DNA of 64,000 nt. Source: an uncultured Alphaproteobacteria bacterium (GTDB taxonomy: Bacteria; Pseudomonadota; Alphaproteobacteria; Methylaequorales; Methylaequoraceae). The notes below the pieces were generated by a model. It did no database searches. It worked only from the letters and a program-made list of their open reading frames with translations, and was not told the DNA's origin. Below are positions 39,771-50,435 of the stretch, in pieces (position 1 is the first letter of the stretch; each line of letters begins with the position of its first letter). Location: positions 27,263-91,262 of the forward strand of contig CACODD010000001.1 of assembly GCA_902625895.1 (NCBI GenBank), given 5' to 3'. Both the position numbers and the translations under genes were made by a program.

Positions 39771-40211
39771 ATGAATGAATATTTTATGAAACTTGCTTTA
39801 GATTTAGCAAAAAAATCATTTAAACAAAATGAAATACCTGTTGGTTGCGTTTTAGTAAACGATAAAAATGAAATAATTAGTTGTGCTTCAAATTCCATGG
39901 TAAAGAATCATGACCCAACTTCGCATGCTGAAATAGTTGCAATACGAAAAGCATGTAAGAAATTAAAAACAACAAAACTTTTAAATTTCTCAATTTATAC
40001 AACGTTAGAACCATGTTTGATGTGTGAATCGTTAATTATAAGTGTTGGCATAAAAAAAATTTATTTTGGAGCTTTTTCAGATAATGTAAAGATTCATAAA
40101 AGAAAAATGAAAAATTATTTTTCCAGTAATAATAATTATGAATTTTTTGGAGGATTTAATGAAAAAGAGTGTTCAGATTTAATAATTAATGCTTTAGAGA
40201 AAAAAAGATAA
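39771..40211 (+). CDS. tadA: tRNA-specific adenosine deaminase
   Basis: The track ORF begins at 39723, but ATG 39771 directly follows the upstream stop and gives MNEYFMKLALDLAKKS... CDA motifs HAEIVAIRKA and PCLMCESLI. Confidence 0.87.
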   Translation: MNEYFMKLALDLAKKSFKQNEIPVGCVLVNDKNEIISCASNSMVKNHDPTSHAEIVAIRKACKKLKTTKLLNFSIYTTLEPCLMCESLIISVGIKKIYFGAFSDNVKIHKRKMKNYFSSNNNYEFFGGFNEKECSDLIINALEKKR

Positions 40212-41477
40212 TCATACATTTTTTTGACCAATATCATTTCTAAAAAAACCTTCCTTCCAACCAATAGCTTCTACAGCTTTATATGCAATTTTCCTAGCAT
40301 GTACGATTGAATTACCTTGTGCAGTGACAGCTAGCACTCTTCCACCTGAAGAAATTACTTTTTCTTTTTTTAATGCAGTTCCAGCATGGAATATCTCAAC
40401 TCCTTCAATAGATTTTGCCTTTGACAGATTACTAATAACTTTATTCTTTTTATAGTTGCCAGGATATCCTTTGGAAGCAACTACAACGCATACAACAGAT
40501 TGTTTTTTATTTCTTATGGTCAAATCAGAAAGCTTATCTTTCAAGTTATAATCAATAATTTTTAAAATATCAGTTTGTAAGTTTCTTAATAAAGTTTGAC
40601 ACTCTGGATCTCCGAATCTTACATTATATTCAATAACGAAAGGCCCCTGTGAGGTTATCATTAGACCAAAAAAAAGTATGCCTCTGTATACCAATTTATC
40701 TTTTTTAAGTCCTAATGATGTTGGAATTAAAATTTTTTTTTCGATTTGATTTTGGATTTTTTTTGTCATTTTTTTCGTTGGACTAAAGCAGCCCATTCCC
40801 CCGGTATTCGGGCCTTCATCATTGTTGAAAGCTCTTTTGTGATCTAGCGCGTAACCTAGTTTAGCAAAACCATTTTTATCAAAGAAAGCGAAATAACTAA
40901 CCTCAAAACCTGACAAATATTCCTCAATAATTACTTTTTTTCCGGCCGAACCAAATTTTTTTTTTTTCATTATTTCATCTAGACCATTGATTGCTTCGCG
41001 TTTGTTTTTGCAAATAATTACGCCCTTTCCTGCTGCTAATCCATCTGCTTTTATAACAATTGGGTATTTTGTTACAGATACATAATGAACAGCTGAATTA
41101 AACGATTTAAATTCTTTGTATTTAGCTGTATTAATTTTGTTTTTTATTAGAAATCTTTTTGCAAAAGACTTCGATGATTCGAGCTTAGACGCTTTTTTAC
41201 TAGGACCAAAAACGGGTATACCTTTTGATTTTATATAATCACTTAGACCGTCCTCTAAAAATTGTTCAGGACCAATAATTACTAAATCAATTTCTTGTTT
41301 TTTACAGAATTTTATTAATTCATTTTTTTTATTTAAATCTAAGTTTTTACAAACCGCAATTTCTGATATTCCTGCATTTCCTGGGATGCAGAATAAAGAA
41401 CGACATTTTCTGGATTTTCTTACAGCCCAGCATATTGCATGTTCTCTTCCACCACCACCTAAGACTAAAATATTCAA
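40212..41477 (-). CDS. purD: Phosphoribosylamine-glycine ligase
   Basis: 421 aa; MNILVLGGGGREHA and ATP-grasp motifs. Its stop codon abuts the tadA stop with 0-nt gap. Confidence 0.95.
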   Translation of the reverse strand: MNILVLGGGGREHAICWAVRKSRKCRSLFCIPGNAGISEIAVCKNLDLNKKNELIKFCKKQEIDLVIIGPEQFLEDGLSDYIKSKGIPVFGPSKKASKLESSKSFAKRFLIKNKINTAKYKEFKSFNSAVHYVSVTKYPIVIKADGLAAGKGVIICKNKREAINGLDEIMKKKKFGSAGKKVIIEEYLSGFEVSYFAFFDKNGFAKLGYALDHKRAFNNDEGPNTGGMGCFSPTKKMTKKIQNQIEKKILIPTSLGLKKDKLVYRGILFFGLMITSQGPFVIEYNVRFGDPECQTLLRNLQTDILKIIDYNLKDKLSDLTIRNKKQSVVCVVVASKGYPGNYKKNKVISNLSKAKSIEGVEIFHAGTALKKEKVISSGGRVLAVTAQGNSIVHARKIAYKAVEAIGWKEGFFRNDIGQKNV

Positions 41478-41519
41478 GAAATTATTCCTTTTTTGATTTT
41501 TTTAAACTAAATTTGAAAC

Positions 41520-42845
41520 ATGAATATTCTTTCAAATATTGAAAAATTCACAGTCTCTCAATTAAACTATTCTATCAAAAATTTGATAGAAAATAAATTT
41601 CAAATTGTTTCAGTTATTGGAGAAGTGTCACAAGTGAAAAAACATGGTTCTGGTCATATCTATTTTTCATTGAAGGATGAAGAAAGTGTTATTTCTGCTA
41701 TTTGTTGGAGATCAGTTGTCCCCCGTCTCAAAATAAATTTAGAAGATGGTATAAAAGTTGAAATCAAAGGGAAAGTTACAACATACTCACAACAATCCAA
41801 GTATCAATTGATTGTTCAGCAAATAGTTTTTGAGGGCGAAGGCAATTTGTTAAAACTTCTTGAACAAAGGAAAAGAAGATTAGCTGAACTTGGTTTTTTT
41901 GATGAATCAAAAAAGAAAGAAATCTCGAAATTTCCAAATTCAATTGGGGTTATCACATCAGAATCGGGAGCAGTTATCAAAGATATAATTCACAGAGTAT
42001 CTGATAGATTTCCAACAAAATTACTAATTTATCCCTCAAATGTTCAGGGAGAAAAATGCTTAGATGACATAATTAGAGGGATTGAGTATTTTAATATTAA
42101 AAAAGACAATTCAGTTGATGTTATAATAATTGCCAGAGGAGGCGGTAGTTTAGAGGATTTAATGCCATTTAATGAAGAATTATTGGTAAAAAAAATCTTT
42201 GAGTCAAAAATACCAATTGTTTCTGCTGTTGGACACGAAACAGATTACACTTTGTGTGATCTTGTCTCTGATCTCAGAGCTCCAACACCTTCAGCTGCAG
42301 TTGAAATGATATTGCCTAATAGAAAGGAAATTCTTATTAGACTATTGGATTCAGAAAGTAAATTAAAAAAGATATTTGCTCATTTTTTTGATAACCACAA
42401 ATTAAGTCTTAAATTATTATCGTCTAAAATACCTGAATTATTAGAAACGGTGAATAATCATTTTCAGGAATTAGATTACCATGAACAAGGTCTAAAAAAT
42501 TTTTTAAACTCAGTTTTTAAAAATATGAAGATAAATTTATACAGAGTTATCCAAAAGTTTTCACCTAGTAATCTATCTAATATGGTGAAACTAGAGTTAT
42601 CTAAAGTTTTAAATAATTTTGAAAAAAGTACTTTTTTTATAAATCAGAATCTTGATACTAAAAAAGAACGATTTAATTCAAAATCTAAAGAACTTTCAAT
42701 TTTGTCATATAAACAAACATTGAAGAGGGGTTTTGCTGTTATAAGAAAAGAAGATGTTATAATCAAAAATGATTTAGAGATTAAACATAACGATATAATT
42801 GAGATAGAGTTTGCAACAAGTAAAACTAAAGCTAAAAAAATATAA
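41520..42845 (+). CDS. xseA: Exodeoxyribonuclease VII large subunit
   Basis: 441 aa; OB-fold N-terminus (..GEVSQVKKHGSGHIYFSLKD..), IIARGGGSLEDL and GHETDYTL. Confidence 0.92.
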   Translation: MNILSNIEKFTVSQLNYSIKNLIENKFQIVSVIGEVSQVKKHGSGHIYFSLKDEESVISAICWRSVVPRLKINLEDGIKVEIKGKVTTYSQQSKYQLIVQQIVFEGEGNLLKLLEQRKRRLAELGFFDESKKKEISKFPNSIGVITSESGAVIKDIIHRVSDRFPTKLLIYPSNVQGEKCLDDIIRGIEYFNIKKDNSVDVIIIARGGGSLEDLMPFNEELLVKKIFESKIPIVSAVGHETDYTLCDLVSDLRAPTPSAAVEMILPNRKEILIRLLDSESKLKKIFAHFFDNHKLSLKLLSSKIPELLETVNNHFQELDYHEQGLKNFLNSVFKNMKINLYRVIQKFSPSNLSNMVKLELSKVLNNFEKSTFFINQNLDTKKERFNSKSKELSILSYKQTLKRGFAVIRKEDVIIKNDLEIKHNDIIEIEFATSKTKAKKI

Positions 42846-43639
42846 TGTTTTTAATTTTTTTTATCATTCTTATTTTTCCAGTGAATTTTAAAGCTGAAAC
42901 ATTTCCTAAAATTTTCGGTTGTTTTTGCGAGGGAGGGGTCATAACAGGAAATCTTGAGAATGGAAGTAAATTAAAAATTGACAATAAACAAGTCGAAGTT
43001 TTTGAAAAAGGAAGATTTATCTATGCATTTGGGAGAAAATATAAAGAAAATGTAAAAATTGAAATAAATGATAAAGTAAAAAAATTCACAGTTTCAAAAA
43101 AAAAATACAAAATTGAAAATATTAAAGGTCTTCCCAGGAAAAAGGTTGAACCTTCGAAAGAGGATTTAAACAAAATAATATCTGATCAGAATAAAATAAA
43201 AAAAGCAAAATTAATTGGTTACAAAACAAGACTTTTTAATGAAAAATTTATATTGCCTTCAAAAGGAAGAATGTCAGGGTTTTATGGAAGTCAACGAATC
43301 CTTAATTCCAAACCAAGAAGACCTCATGCTGGAATAGATATTGCTGCAAAGGAAGGTACAAGCGTGATTGCCCCCTCTTCAGGAATTATCAAATTAGTGG
43401 AAGAGGATATGTTCTTCACTGGAAATACTGTGATAATGGATCATGGCTTAGGACTAATTTCAATTTTTGCTCACTTGAAGGAAGTTTTTGTTGAAAAAGG
43501 AGAAAAAGTGTTGCAAGGCCAAAAAATCGGCTCAATTGGTATGACAGGAAGAGCAACAGGTCCTCATCTTCATTGGGGCGTTTATTTAAACAATACATCT
43601 GTAGACCCAGAGGTCCTTCTAAAATATGAACTTAATTAG
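42845..43639 (+). CDS. M23 family metallopeptidase
   Basis: 264 aa; signal peptide, HAGIDIAA and GPHLHWGV zinc-ligand motifs. Confidence 0.87.
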   Translation: MFLIFFIILIFPVNFKAETFPKIFGCFCEGGVITGNLENGSKLKIDNKQVEVFEKGRFIYAFGRKYKENVKIEINDKVKKFTVSKKKYKIENIKGLPRKKVEPSKEDLNKIISDQNKIKKAKLIGYKTRLFNEKFILPSKGRMSGFYGSQRILNSKPRRPHAGIDIAAKEGTSVIAPSSGIIKLVEEDMFFTGNTVIMDHGLGLISIFAHLKEVFVEKGEKVLQGQKIGSIGMTGRATGPHLHWGVYLNNTSVDPEVLLKYELN

Positions 43640-44594
43640 CATAAAGGCATTCCAAAACTCTCTTTTCAAATTTTTTTTTCTTTTCAATTTTCAAATTTAG
43701 ATTTACAGGTTTTATTTTATTCTTAAATTCTTCAGGAACTTTTATATAGTCTTTTTTTGTACAAACAACGGTGAGATTTTCTTTTTTTGCTACATTTAGT
43801 ATACTCAAAATATCATTTTTTTTGAAAATGTAGTGATCGGAGAAACTTTTTATTCTTTTGATTGTAAAACCAGAATGTAATAGTGAATTGTGAAAATTTG
43901 TATTATTTCCAAGTGCTGAAAACACAAATAAGTTTTTATTCTTGCATGATTCGATACTTATTTCTTTTTTTGCCATAAAAACTTTTTGTTTTGGAATCAT
44001 ATTCTTTTCAAAAATATTACTATTATTTCCAATGATTAGAATTAGATCGCAATTTTTAATACCACTATTAATAGGTTCTCTTAAAGGACCAGATGGAAAA
44101 ATGTTTTTATTACCAAAACCGTATTCACTATCAATAACTAAAACTTTACAATCTTTTTTTATATCTATGCTCTGCAACCCGTCATCCATTATTATTAACT
44201 TTCCACCTTGAGCCTCACAGAACTTTGCTCCTAAAAATTTTTTTTTGGAGACACAGGTCAAGCCAAAGTGTGAATGTAAAAGACTTTCCTCACCAACTTC
44301 GTGAAATGAGTGATCCTTTGAGACTATCAAAGGACCTTTTGCTGTTCCTTTATAACCTCTGGTTAAAACAAATATTTTTTTAAAATTTTTTGTTAGAATC
44401 TGTCTTATTTCTATTACAGTTGGAGTTTTTCCAGCTCCACCAAGTGTAATATTTCCAACACACAAAACTGGAATGTTACATTTTTTTTCTTTGTTACTTA
44501 TCTTGTAAATAATGAAACATAAATAGTATAATATTGAAAAAGGAAAGAGTAATAAATTAAAAAGATTTTTAGATTTCCAAATTTTTTGCATCAT
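43632..44594 (-). CDS. lpxK: Tetraacyldisaccharide 4'-kinase
   Basis: 320 aa; P-loop VGNITLGGAGKTP. Confidence 0.87.
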   Translation of the reverse strand: MMQKIWKSKNLFNLLLFPFSILYYLCFIIYKISNKEKKCNIPVLCVGNITLGGAGKTPTVIEIRQILTKNFKKIFVLTRGYKGTAKGPLIVSKDHSFHEVGEESLLHSHFGLTCVSKKKFLGAKFCEAQGGKLIIMDDGLQSIDIKKDCKVLVIDSEYGFGNKNIFPSGPLREPINSGIKNCDLILIIGNNSNIFEKNMIPKQKVFMAKKEISIESCKNKNLFVFSALGNNTNFHNSLLHSGFTIKRIKSFSDHYIFKKNDILSILNVAKKENLTVVCTKKDYIKVPEEFKNKIKPVNLNLKIEKKKKFEKRVLECLYAN

Positions 44595-45838
44595 TTTATA
44601 ATACTTCTTAGCATAGACTTTGACTTGTAAAACTGATTTTTACAAAGAGTTTTAAATTTTCGATTAGTTTCTCTATTTAATTTTTTATCTTTTAAAAGTC
44701 TTGAAATCAATCGAACAAGCTGAGATGAATTTTTGACTTCGAACCCCGCTTTGTATTTAATAATGTCGTCTTTTATATCTTCAAAGTTTTCCATGTGCGG
44801 GCCAAAGATCAATGAACAATTAAAATCTTTTGTTTCTATTGGGTTATGTCCGCCATGGTTGCTAAATGAACCACCTACAATTGCAATTTCTGATAATTTG
44901 AAAAAAATTCCTAATTCACCAAATGTATTAACTAACAAAATCTTTTCATTAGAAATTTTGAAATTATCTTCATTTCTTAAAAGAAATAAAAACTTATCTT
45001 TTTTAAATTGATCTGTAATTTTTTTTATTCTGTTAATATGTCTAGGAATAATAATAAAAAACAAATTACTAAAATCTTTTGATAAAACTTTAAAAATATC
45101 TGCAAACATTTTTTCTTCTTCTGCATGCGAACTAAATAGAGTTACAACTCTTTTTGATTTGATCTGTTCAAAAATTTTTTTATAAGCAACACTATCAACT
45201 ACTAAGCCTTGAGAAATATATTTTAAGTTTTGTATTCTTTTAACATTTTTTGTTCCAAGTTCTCTAAACCTTTTTAATGAGTCATTATTTTGTGTGTAAC
45301 ACTGATCGATCAGTGGAAAAACAGATTTAGAAAAAAAACTTATTCTTTTCCAATTAATGAATGATTTTTTTGATATTCGAGCATTTAAAATAGAGAGTTT
45401 GATAGACTTTTCTTTCAAAATATAGAATATATTCGGCCAAATTTCAGACTCAATAAAAATTACTGAACTTGGATTCCAATATTTTAAGAATCTTTTTATT
45501 AAAAAATCAATGTCTATCGGAAAAAAAATAACAACAAAATTATTTTTTGACTTAGATAATAAATTGTACGCACTAAGAGTTGATGTGCTAAATAAAATTG
45601 ACGATTTGGGTTTTATTTTTTTTATTTCTCTCGCAACTGTGATCCCAGTCTTTGATTCACCAACACTAACACCATTAATCCAGATTAAATCTCCTTCAGG
45701 TCTTTTTTTTCTTGAAATTGAAAATTTCTCAAGAACACTCGAAATAGTTTCTTTTGAAAATAAAAAACGAAGAAAAAAAAAGAATAAGATAGGAATAAAA
45801 AATAAATTTGATAAATATCTATAAATTAATAACAGCAT
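44591..45838 (-). CDS. waaA: 3-deoxy-D-manno-octulosonic acid (Kdo) transferase
   Basis: 415 aa; N-terminal anchor, WINGVSVGE and GGSFSNHGGHNPIE motifs. Confidence 0.87.
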   Translation of the reverse strand: MLLLIYRYLSNLFFIPILFFFFLRFLFSKETISSVLEKFSISRKKRPEGDLIWINGVSVGESKTGITVAREIKKIKPKSSILFSTSTLSAYNLLSKSKNNFVVIFFPIDIDFLIKRFLKYWNPSSVIFIESEIWPNIFYILKEKSIKLSILNARISKKSFINWKRISFFSKSVFPLIDQCYTQNNDSLKRFRELGTKNVKRIQNLKYISQGLVVDSVAYKKIFEQIKSKRVVTLFSSHAEEEKMFADIFKVLSKDFSNLFFIIIPRHINRIKKITDQFKKDKFLFLLRNEDNFKISNEKILLVNTFGELGIFFKLSEIAIVGGSFSNHGGHNPIETKDFNCSLIFGPHMENFEDIKDDIIKYKAGFEVKNSSQLVRLISRLLKDKKLNRETNRKFKTLCKNQFYKSKSMLRSIIK

Positions 45839-45840
45839 AA

Positions 45841-46494
45841 CTAATTCGAGAGATTGTCTGATAACATCGTTACTCTTTTTATTTCTTTTTCTAAAATTAA
45901 TTTATTTTCAGCAAGTGTTTTATTTTTATCAAATTGAAATGGATTTCCCCAAACTGCCACAAATTTGTTGAACGGCGTTACAAAAATGAATTTATCCCAC
46001 GTATTTATTGTAAATTTAAATTTAGCTGAATAACTTAATGGTAAAACTGGAACATTTGTTTTTTTTAAAAGTGAGATAAGACCTTTTTTTACTTCCTCAT
46101 TAGGACCTTTTGGACCATCTGGAGTGATCCCTATTATACTATCATTGTTAATTTGTTTTAATATTTCTTTTAAGGAAGATAAATTATGTTTCCTCGAGGA
46201 CCCGGTTATTGTCTCAATTCCAAAATGGGATATGGCGTTGGAAATTATTTTTCCGTCGGCATGTCCAGAAATAAGCATTTTAAATTCTTTGGGCCATTTC
46301 CAGCAAAAAACTGTCATAAGCAACCTATTATGCCAAAAGCAGACTATAAAGCTCTTATTTTTTTTTATATGCTTTTCCACAATTTCTGAGTTCTTTGTAA
46401 ACCAAATAGAGGTTTGGAAACAAAGCTTTAAATAAAATGATACGATCCAACCTAAAAATAATTGAAAATATTTATGTTTAAAAATTCTTTTCAT
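45841..46494 (-). CDS. DUF374 / lysophospholipid acyltransferase-like protein
   Basis: 217 aa; ..FWHNRLL.. and ..TPDGPKGP.. motifs. Conserved position between msbA and waaA. Confidence 0.65.
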   Translation of the reverse strand: MKRIFKHKYFQLFLGWIVSFYLKLCFQTSIWFTKNSEIVEKHIKKNKSFIVCFWHNRLLMTVFCWKWPKEFKMLISGHADGKIISNAISHFGIETITGSSRKHNLSSLKEILKQINNDSIIGITPDGPKGPNEEVKKGLISLLKKTNVPVLPLSYSAKFKFTINTWDKFIFVTPFNKFVAVWGNPFQFDKNKTLAENKLILEKEIKRVTMLSDNLSN

Positions 46495-48257
46495 TTTTTC
46501 GTTTTGAATTGTAACTCATGTAGATGTCTGTAAATTTTAGAGCTTTTTATTAAAGTGGAATGCTTTCCAATATCTACAATTTCACCATTATTGATGATAA
46601 CTATTCTGTCGGCATCAATCACGGTTGATAATCTATGTGCTATAATTAATGCTGTTTTATTTGAAATTAGTTTATTCAAAGAATCATGAATTTTTTTCTC
46701 TGACATTGAATCCAATGAAGAAGTCGCTTCATCTAAAAGAAGGAATGGAGAGTTTCTAATAAAAGCACGTGCAATTGCAACCCTTTGTTTCTGTCCTCCA
46801 GAGAGCTTAGATCCGTTTTCACCAATTATTTCATTTAATCCTTTTGGAAATTTTTTAATAAATTCTGTACAGTGAGATTTTTTACAAGCGTTTTGGAGGT
46901 CTGCTTTTGAATATTTATTTGAGCCGTAACAGATATTATATTTAATCGTTTCGTCAAATAAAACGATATCTTGACTAACTAAGGAGAAATAGTTTCTTAT
47001 AAAATTAAAACTTAAATCTTTAACATCAATTCCTCCAATTTCAATTTTACCTTTATATGGATCAAAAAATCTTGGTAGAAGATTTAGGAGAGTTGTTTTA
47101 CCAGCACCAGAATACCCAACCAAAGCAACTCTTTCTCCATTATAGATTTTTAAATTAATATTTTTAAGAATAAGTTTTGTTGAATTAGGATATTTAAAAG
47201 AAATTTTTGATATATTAATATTATTTTTGTTCTTTAAATCTATCATATTATCTTTTGGATATTTTGTTTCTTTCATTAATGGCTTCTTATCCAAAATCTC
47301 AAAAACTCTTTCTGCTGACGCCATAGCTATTTGTAGTGTTGCATTTAAACTTGCCAACGATTTGACAGGTTGATACGCCATTAGTAAAGCTGTTAGAAAT
47401 GAAAAGAAAGTACCTGGGGTAGTTTGCCCCTGAATAACTTGGCTTCCCCCAATAAATATTATTGCTCCAATAGCACATCCACTGATAATTTCCATCAAAG
47501 GCCTTGCTATTGAATTTACCTTTGTTGATTTGTATGTAAGGTTAAAAATATTTAATATTTCTTTATCGATTCTTTTTGATTCAAAGTTTTCTGAACCAAA
47601 TGCCTTTATTGTTTTTATCGCAGAAAACGATTCTGATAATTTTGATGTAAGCATCCCAAATCCTACTTGAGTGCTTTTAGAAATTTTTCTTAATCTTTTA
47701 CCTATTCTTCTAATTGGATAGATAGCTATAGGAAAAACAAAAAGAGCTAAAAAAGCAAGTTTTGTGTCATGATAGAACATTACGCCAATTAAAAAAACAA
47801 ATGTAAATGAATCTTTAATTATATTTATTATGACATTGTGAACTCCTCTGGATAGCGCACCTACATCTGCAATGAACCTTGATACCATTGTTCCGGAATT
47901 AATTTCATTATGGAAAGACAAATCACATCTGATTGCTGCCCTAAACATCTGATTTTGTACATCTGCGACTAATCTATAACCAATAAAACTCATAAAAATT
48001 GATTGGACATATGAAGCTATCCCTTTAAAAATTGCAATAGCTATCACAGCAATTGGAATAAGAACAATTAATGTTTTATTTTTATTAATAAATATTTCAT
48101 CGAGGACCGGTTGCATCATCCAAGCATTTAATGCAGTTGCGCCTGCAACAACTATCATACAAAAAATAGAGATAATTAATTTAGAGTGGTGTTTTCTTAC
48201 ATAATTTGCAAAAAGACGTTTCAGCAATCTGATTGTGTTTTTATTTTTTACATTCAT
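46491..48257 (-). CDS. msbA: ABC transporter permease/ATPase, lipid A export MsbA-like
   Basis: 588 aa; six-helix TMD plus NBD with GYSGAGKTT, LSGGQKQR and LLLDEATS. Sits in the lpxK-waaA cluster. Confidence 0.85.
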   Translation of the reverse strand: MNVKNKNTIRLLKRLFANYVRKHHSKLIISIFCMIVVAGATALNAWMMQPVLDEIFINKNKTLIVLIPIAVIAIAIFKGIASYVQSIFMSFIGYRLVADVQNQMFRAAIRCDLSFHNEINSGTMVSRFIADVGALSRGVHNVIINIIKDSFTFVFLIGVMFYHDTKLAFLALFVFPIAIYPIRRIGKRLRKISKSTQVGFGMLTSKLSESFSAIKTIKAFGSENFESKRIDKEILNIFNLTYKSTKVNSIARPLMEIISGCAIGAIIFIGGSQVIQGQTTPGTFFSFLTALLMAYQPVKSLASLNATLQIAMASAERVFEILDKKPLMKETKYPKDNMIDLKNKNNINISKISFKYPNSTKLILKNINLKIYNGERVALVGYSGAGKTTLLNLLPRFFDPYKGKIEIGGIDVKDLSFNFIRNYFSLVSQDIVLFDETIKYNICYGSNKYSKADLQNACKKSHCTEFIKKFPKGLNEIIGENGSKLSGGQKQRVAIARAFIRNSPFLLLDEATSSLDSMSEKKIHDSLNKLISNKTALIIAHRLSTVIDADRIVIINNGEIVDIGKHSTLIKSSKIYRHLHELQFKTKK

Positions 48258-49035
48258 TCAATTCAGTACATAATTTTTCAATTAATATACTATTACTAGC
48301 TAATATAGAATCTACCTGCATTTGACTGCTGTTATAAATCATTTTATTTCCAGAAATATTTTTTAGATATCCACCTGCTTCTCTCAAAATCAAATCAGCT
48401 GCAGCAATATCCCAATCATTTTTTTTGGTAAAACTTATCGCTACATCCATTGTACCTTTTGCAACTAAGGCAATTTTATAAGCTATGGAACCCATTTTGA
48501 TTGTATTGTCTTGATTAAAACATTCATATTTCTTTAATTTCTTCACTTCAGAACTACTTATTCCATATATTGAAGAATAAAGGTCTATATTTTGATTTAC
48601 TTTAATTTTTTTTTCATTGCAAAATGCACCTTTATTTTTTACTGCAGAGAAAAGTTCTTTTGTTTCAGGGTTTAAGATTAAGCCGAAAACCGGTTCATTC
48701 TTTTTTATAAGAGCTACAGAGATTGTATATTCTGGTTTTTTGTTAATATAAGATCTTGTTCCATCAATTGGATCCACACACCAGAAATAATCAGAGTTTA
48801 ACCTTGAGCCATCGTCAACGGTCTCTTCAGATATCCAACCGTAATTAGGTGTAGTATTTTTAAAAGAAGATTTCAAGAAATTATCAATTTTTATATCCAC
48901 GTCAGTAACTGGCTGATTTTCTGATTTGTACTTAACCGTAATATTATTTTTGAGCGACATTGCAATTTTTCCCGCCTCTAAAATTACCTTTTTTGAGACA
49001 TCCTCGAGAAAGGAAGGTAAAAATGGTTCAGACAA
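48241..49035 (-). CDS. Inositol monophosphatase family protein (CysQ/SuhB-like)
   Basis: 264 aa; WCVDPIDGT and WDIAAADLILREAGG motifs. Confidence 0.78.
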   Translation of the reverse strand: MSEPFLPSFLEDVSKKVILEAGKIAMSLKNNITVKYKSENQPVTDVDIKIDNFLKSSFKNTTPNYGWISEETVDDGSRLNSDYFWCVDPIDGTRSYINKKPEYTISVALIKKNEPVFGLILNPETKELFSAVKNKGAFCNEKKIKVNQNIDLYSSIYGISSSEVKKLKKYECFNQDNTIKMGSIAYKIALVAKGTMDVAISFTKKNDWDIAAADLILREAGGYLKNISGNKMIYNSSQMQVDSILASNSILIEKLCTELNECKK

Positions 49036-50376
49036 TTATTTTCCACCAAGAGTTAAGTTTTCTACAAGGCATGAAGGTGCGTTTATTCCAAAATTAAATT
49101 CCAGGTCATTTGCTGGAATTAAAGACATAAATATATCTACAAGATTACCCGCAATGGTAATTTCTGAAACAGGATAACAAATTTCACCATTCTCAATCCA
49201 AAAACCTGATGCTCCTCTACTGTAGTCACCATTAGAATAATTTATAGAACTTCCCATAAGTTCTGTTATGAGAAGACCTTTTTTCAGAGATTTTATCATA
49301 TCAAGTTTCGATACTTCTCCATTCTCCATATATAAATTAGAATAAGAAACAGAGGGTATTGAGGAAGCAGATCTAGTGGCGTGACCTGATGGTTCATGTT
49401 TAATTTGCTTAGCTGATGAGAGAGAATTGAAGAAAAATTTTAAATATCCCTTTTCAATTAAAAATTTTTTTTTTGATTGAATGCCTTCACAATCTGAAAT
49501 TTTCGATCTTAATTTCTTTGGCATTAATGGATTATCAATTATAGAAATTTGATCATTAAAGACTTTGTTGTTTATTTTATCTTTCAGGAAGCTAATTCCT
49601 TTTATAATTGACTGGGCGTTACTGGCACTAAATAAATTTCTAAGAAGACTCGAAGAAACTTTTGAGTCAAATATTACATCTGACTTGCAAGTTTTTAATT
49701 TTCTAGAATTTAATTTTTTAATTGCATTTTGTGAAACTTCTTTTCCAATTTTTTCAAAATCACCTAATTCATTATAAAACACCTTAGATTTATAATCATA
49801 TTCTCTTTCCATTGAATCCTTTGAACCTGCAAGAACTGCAATTATAAAATCACTATGAGTTTTTTCCATCTCAATTTCAAGTCCATTTGAACCAAGCAGA
49901 CAGATTGAATTTTTTGAATAAGCTATTTCAGCTCCTTCAGAATTTGTAATTTCTTTATTATCTAAAGCACTTTCTTCAAGTTTGATAACTTCTTTTTCAA
50001 TTAAACTCATTGTCGGTTCATAAGTGTCACAAATTTCTAACTTTTGAACCTCTTGCTTGCTTACTTGTTTAATTTTATTTGATTCAGCTAAACCGCAGTA
50101 CTGGTTTTCAGGTACAACTTTTGCCATTTCAACAACTTTTTCAGTTAGATTATAAACATTCTGTTTTTCTAGATTGGTTGTTGACACAATGGACTGCTTC
50201 TTATTAATAATTGCTCTGATCCCAATTTCATTAGTGGATGATTCTTCTTTTTTTTCAATTTTTCCAAGTCTTGAGGAACAACTTGACGTTTTTGATTTTG
50301 AAAAAAACACATCAGCCTCATGACATCCCATTTTACTCAGTCTATCGAGAATCGTTTTTAGAAAGTTCTTATCCAT
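49036..50376 (-). CDS. pmbA: Metalloprotease modulator PmbA/TldE
   Basis: 446 aa with TldD/PmbA-family C-terminal pattern (..GASGFWIENGE..). No HExxxH, consistent with PmbA. Confidence 0.85.
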   Translation of the reverse strand: MDKNFLKTILDRLSKMGCHEADVFFSKSKTSSCSSRLGKIEKKEESSTNEIGIRAIINKKQSIVSTTNLEKQNVYNLTEKVVEMAKVVPENQYCGLAESNKIKQVSKQEVQKLEICDTYEPTMSLIEKEVIKLEESALDNKEITNSEGAEIAYSKNSICLLGSNGLEIEMEKTHSDFIIAVLAGSKDSMEREYDYKSKVFYNELGDFEKIGKEVSQNAIKKLNSRKLKTCKSDVIFDSKVSSSLLRNLFSASNAQSIIKGISFLKDKINNKVFNDQISIIDNPLMPKKLRSKISDCEGIQSKKKFLIEKGYLKFFFNSLSSAKQIKHEPSGHATRSASSIPSVSYSNLYMENGEVSKLDMIKSLKKGLLITELMGSSINYSNGDYSRGASGFWIENGEICYPVSEITIAGNLVDIFMSLIPANDLEFNFGINAPSCLVENLTLGGK

Positions 50377-50399
50377 AGAATCTTAATTTATATTTTAAT

Positions 50400-50428
50400 T
50401 TGCTATAAATACAATATGAGAATAGTAT
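50400..50428 (+). promoter_or_regulatory. Sigma70-like promoter candidate (TTGCTA-N17-TAGTAT) positioned for a leaderless or near-leaderless transcript of the DUF4170 gene
   Basis: TTGCTA at 50400-50405, 17-nt spacer, TAGTAT at 50423-50428, then T7 and ATG at 50436. Chance matches are common in AT-rich DNA. Confidence 0.3.
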
Positions 50429-50435
50429 TTTTTTT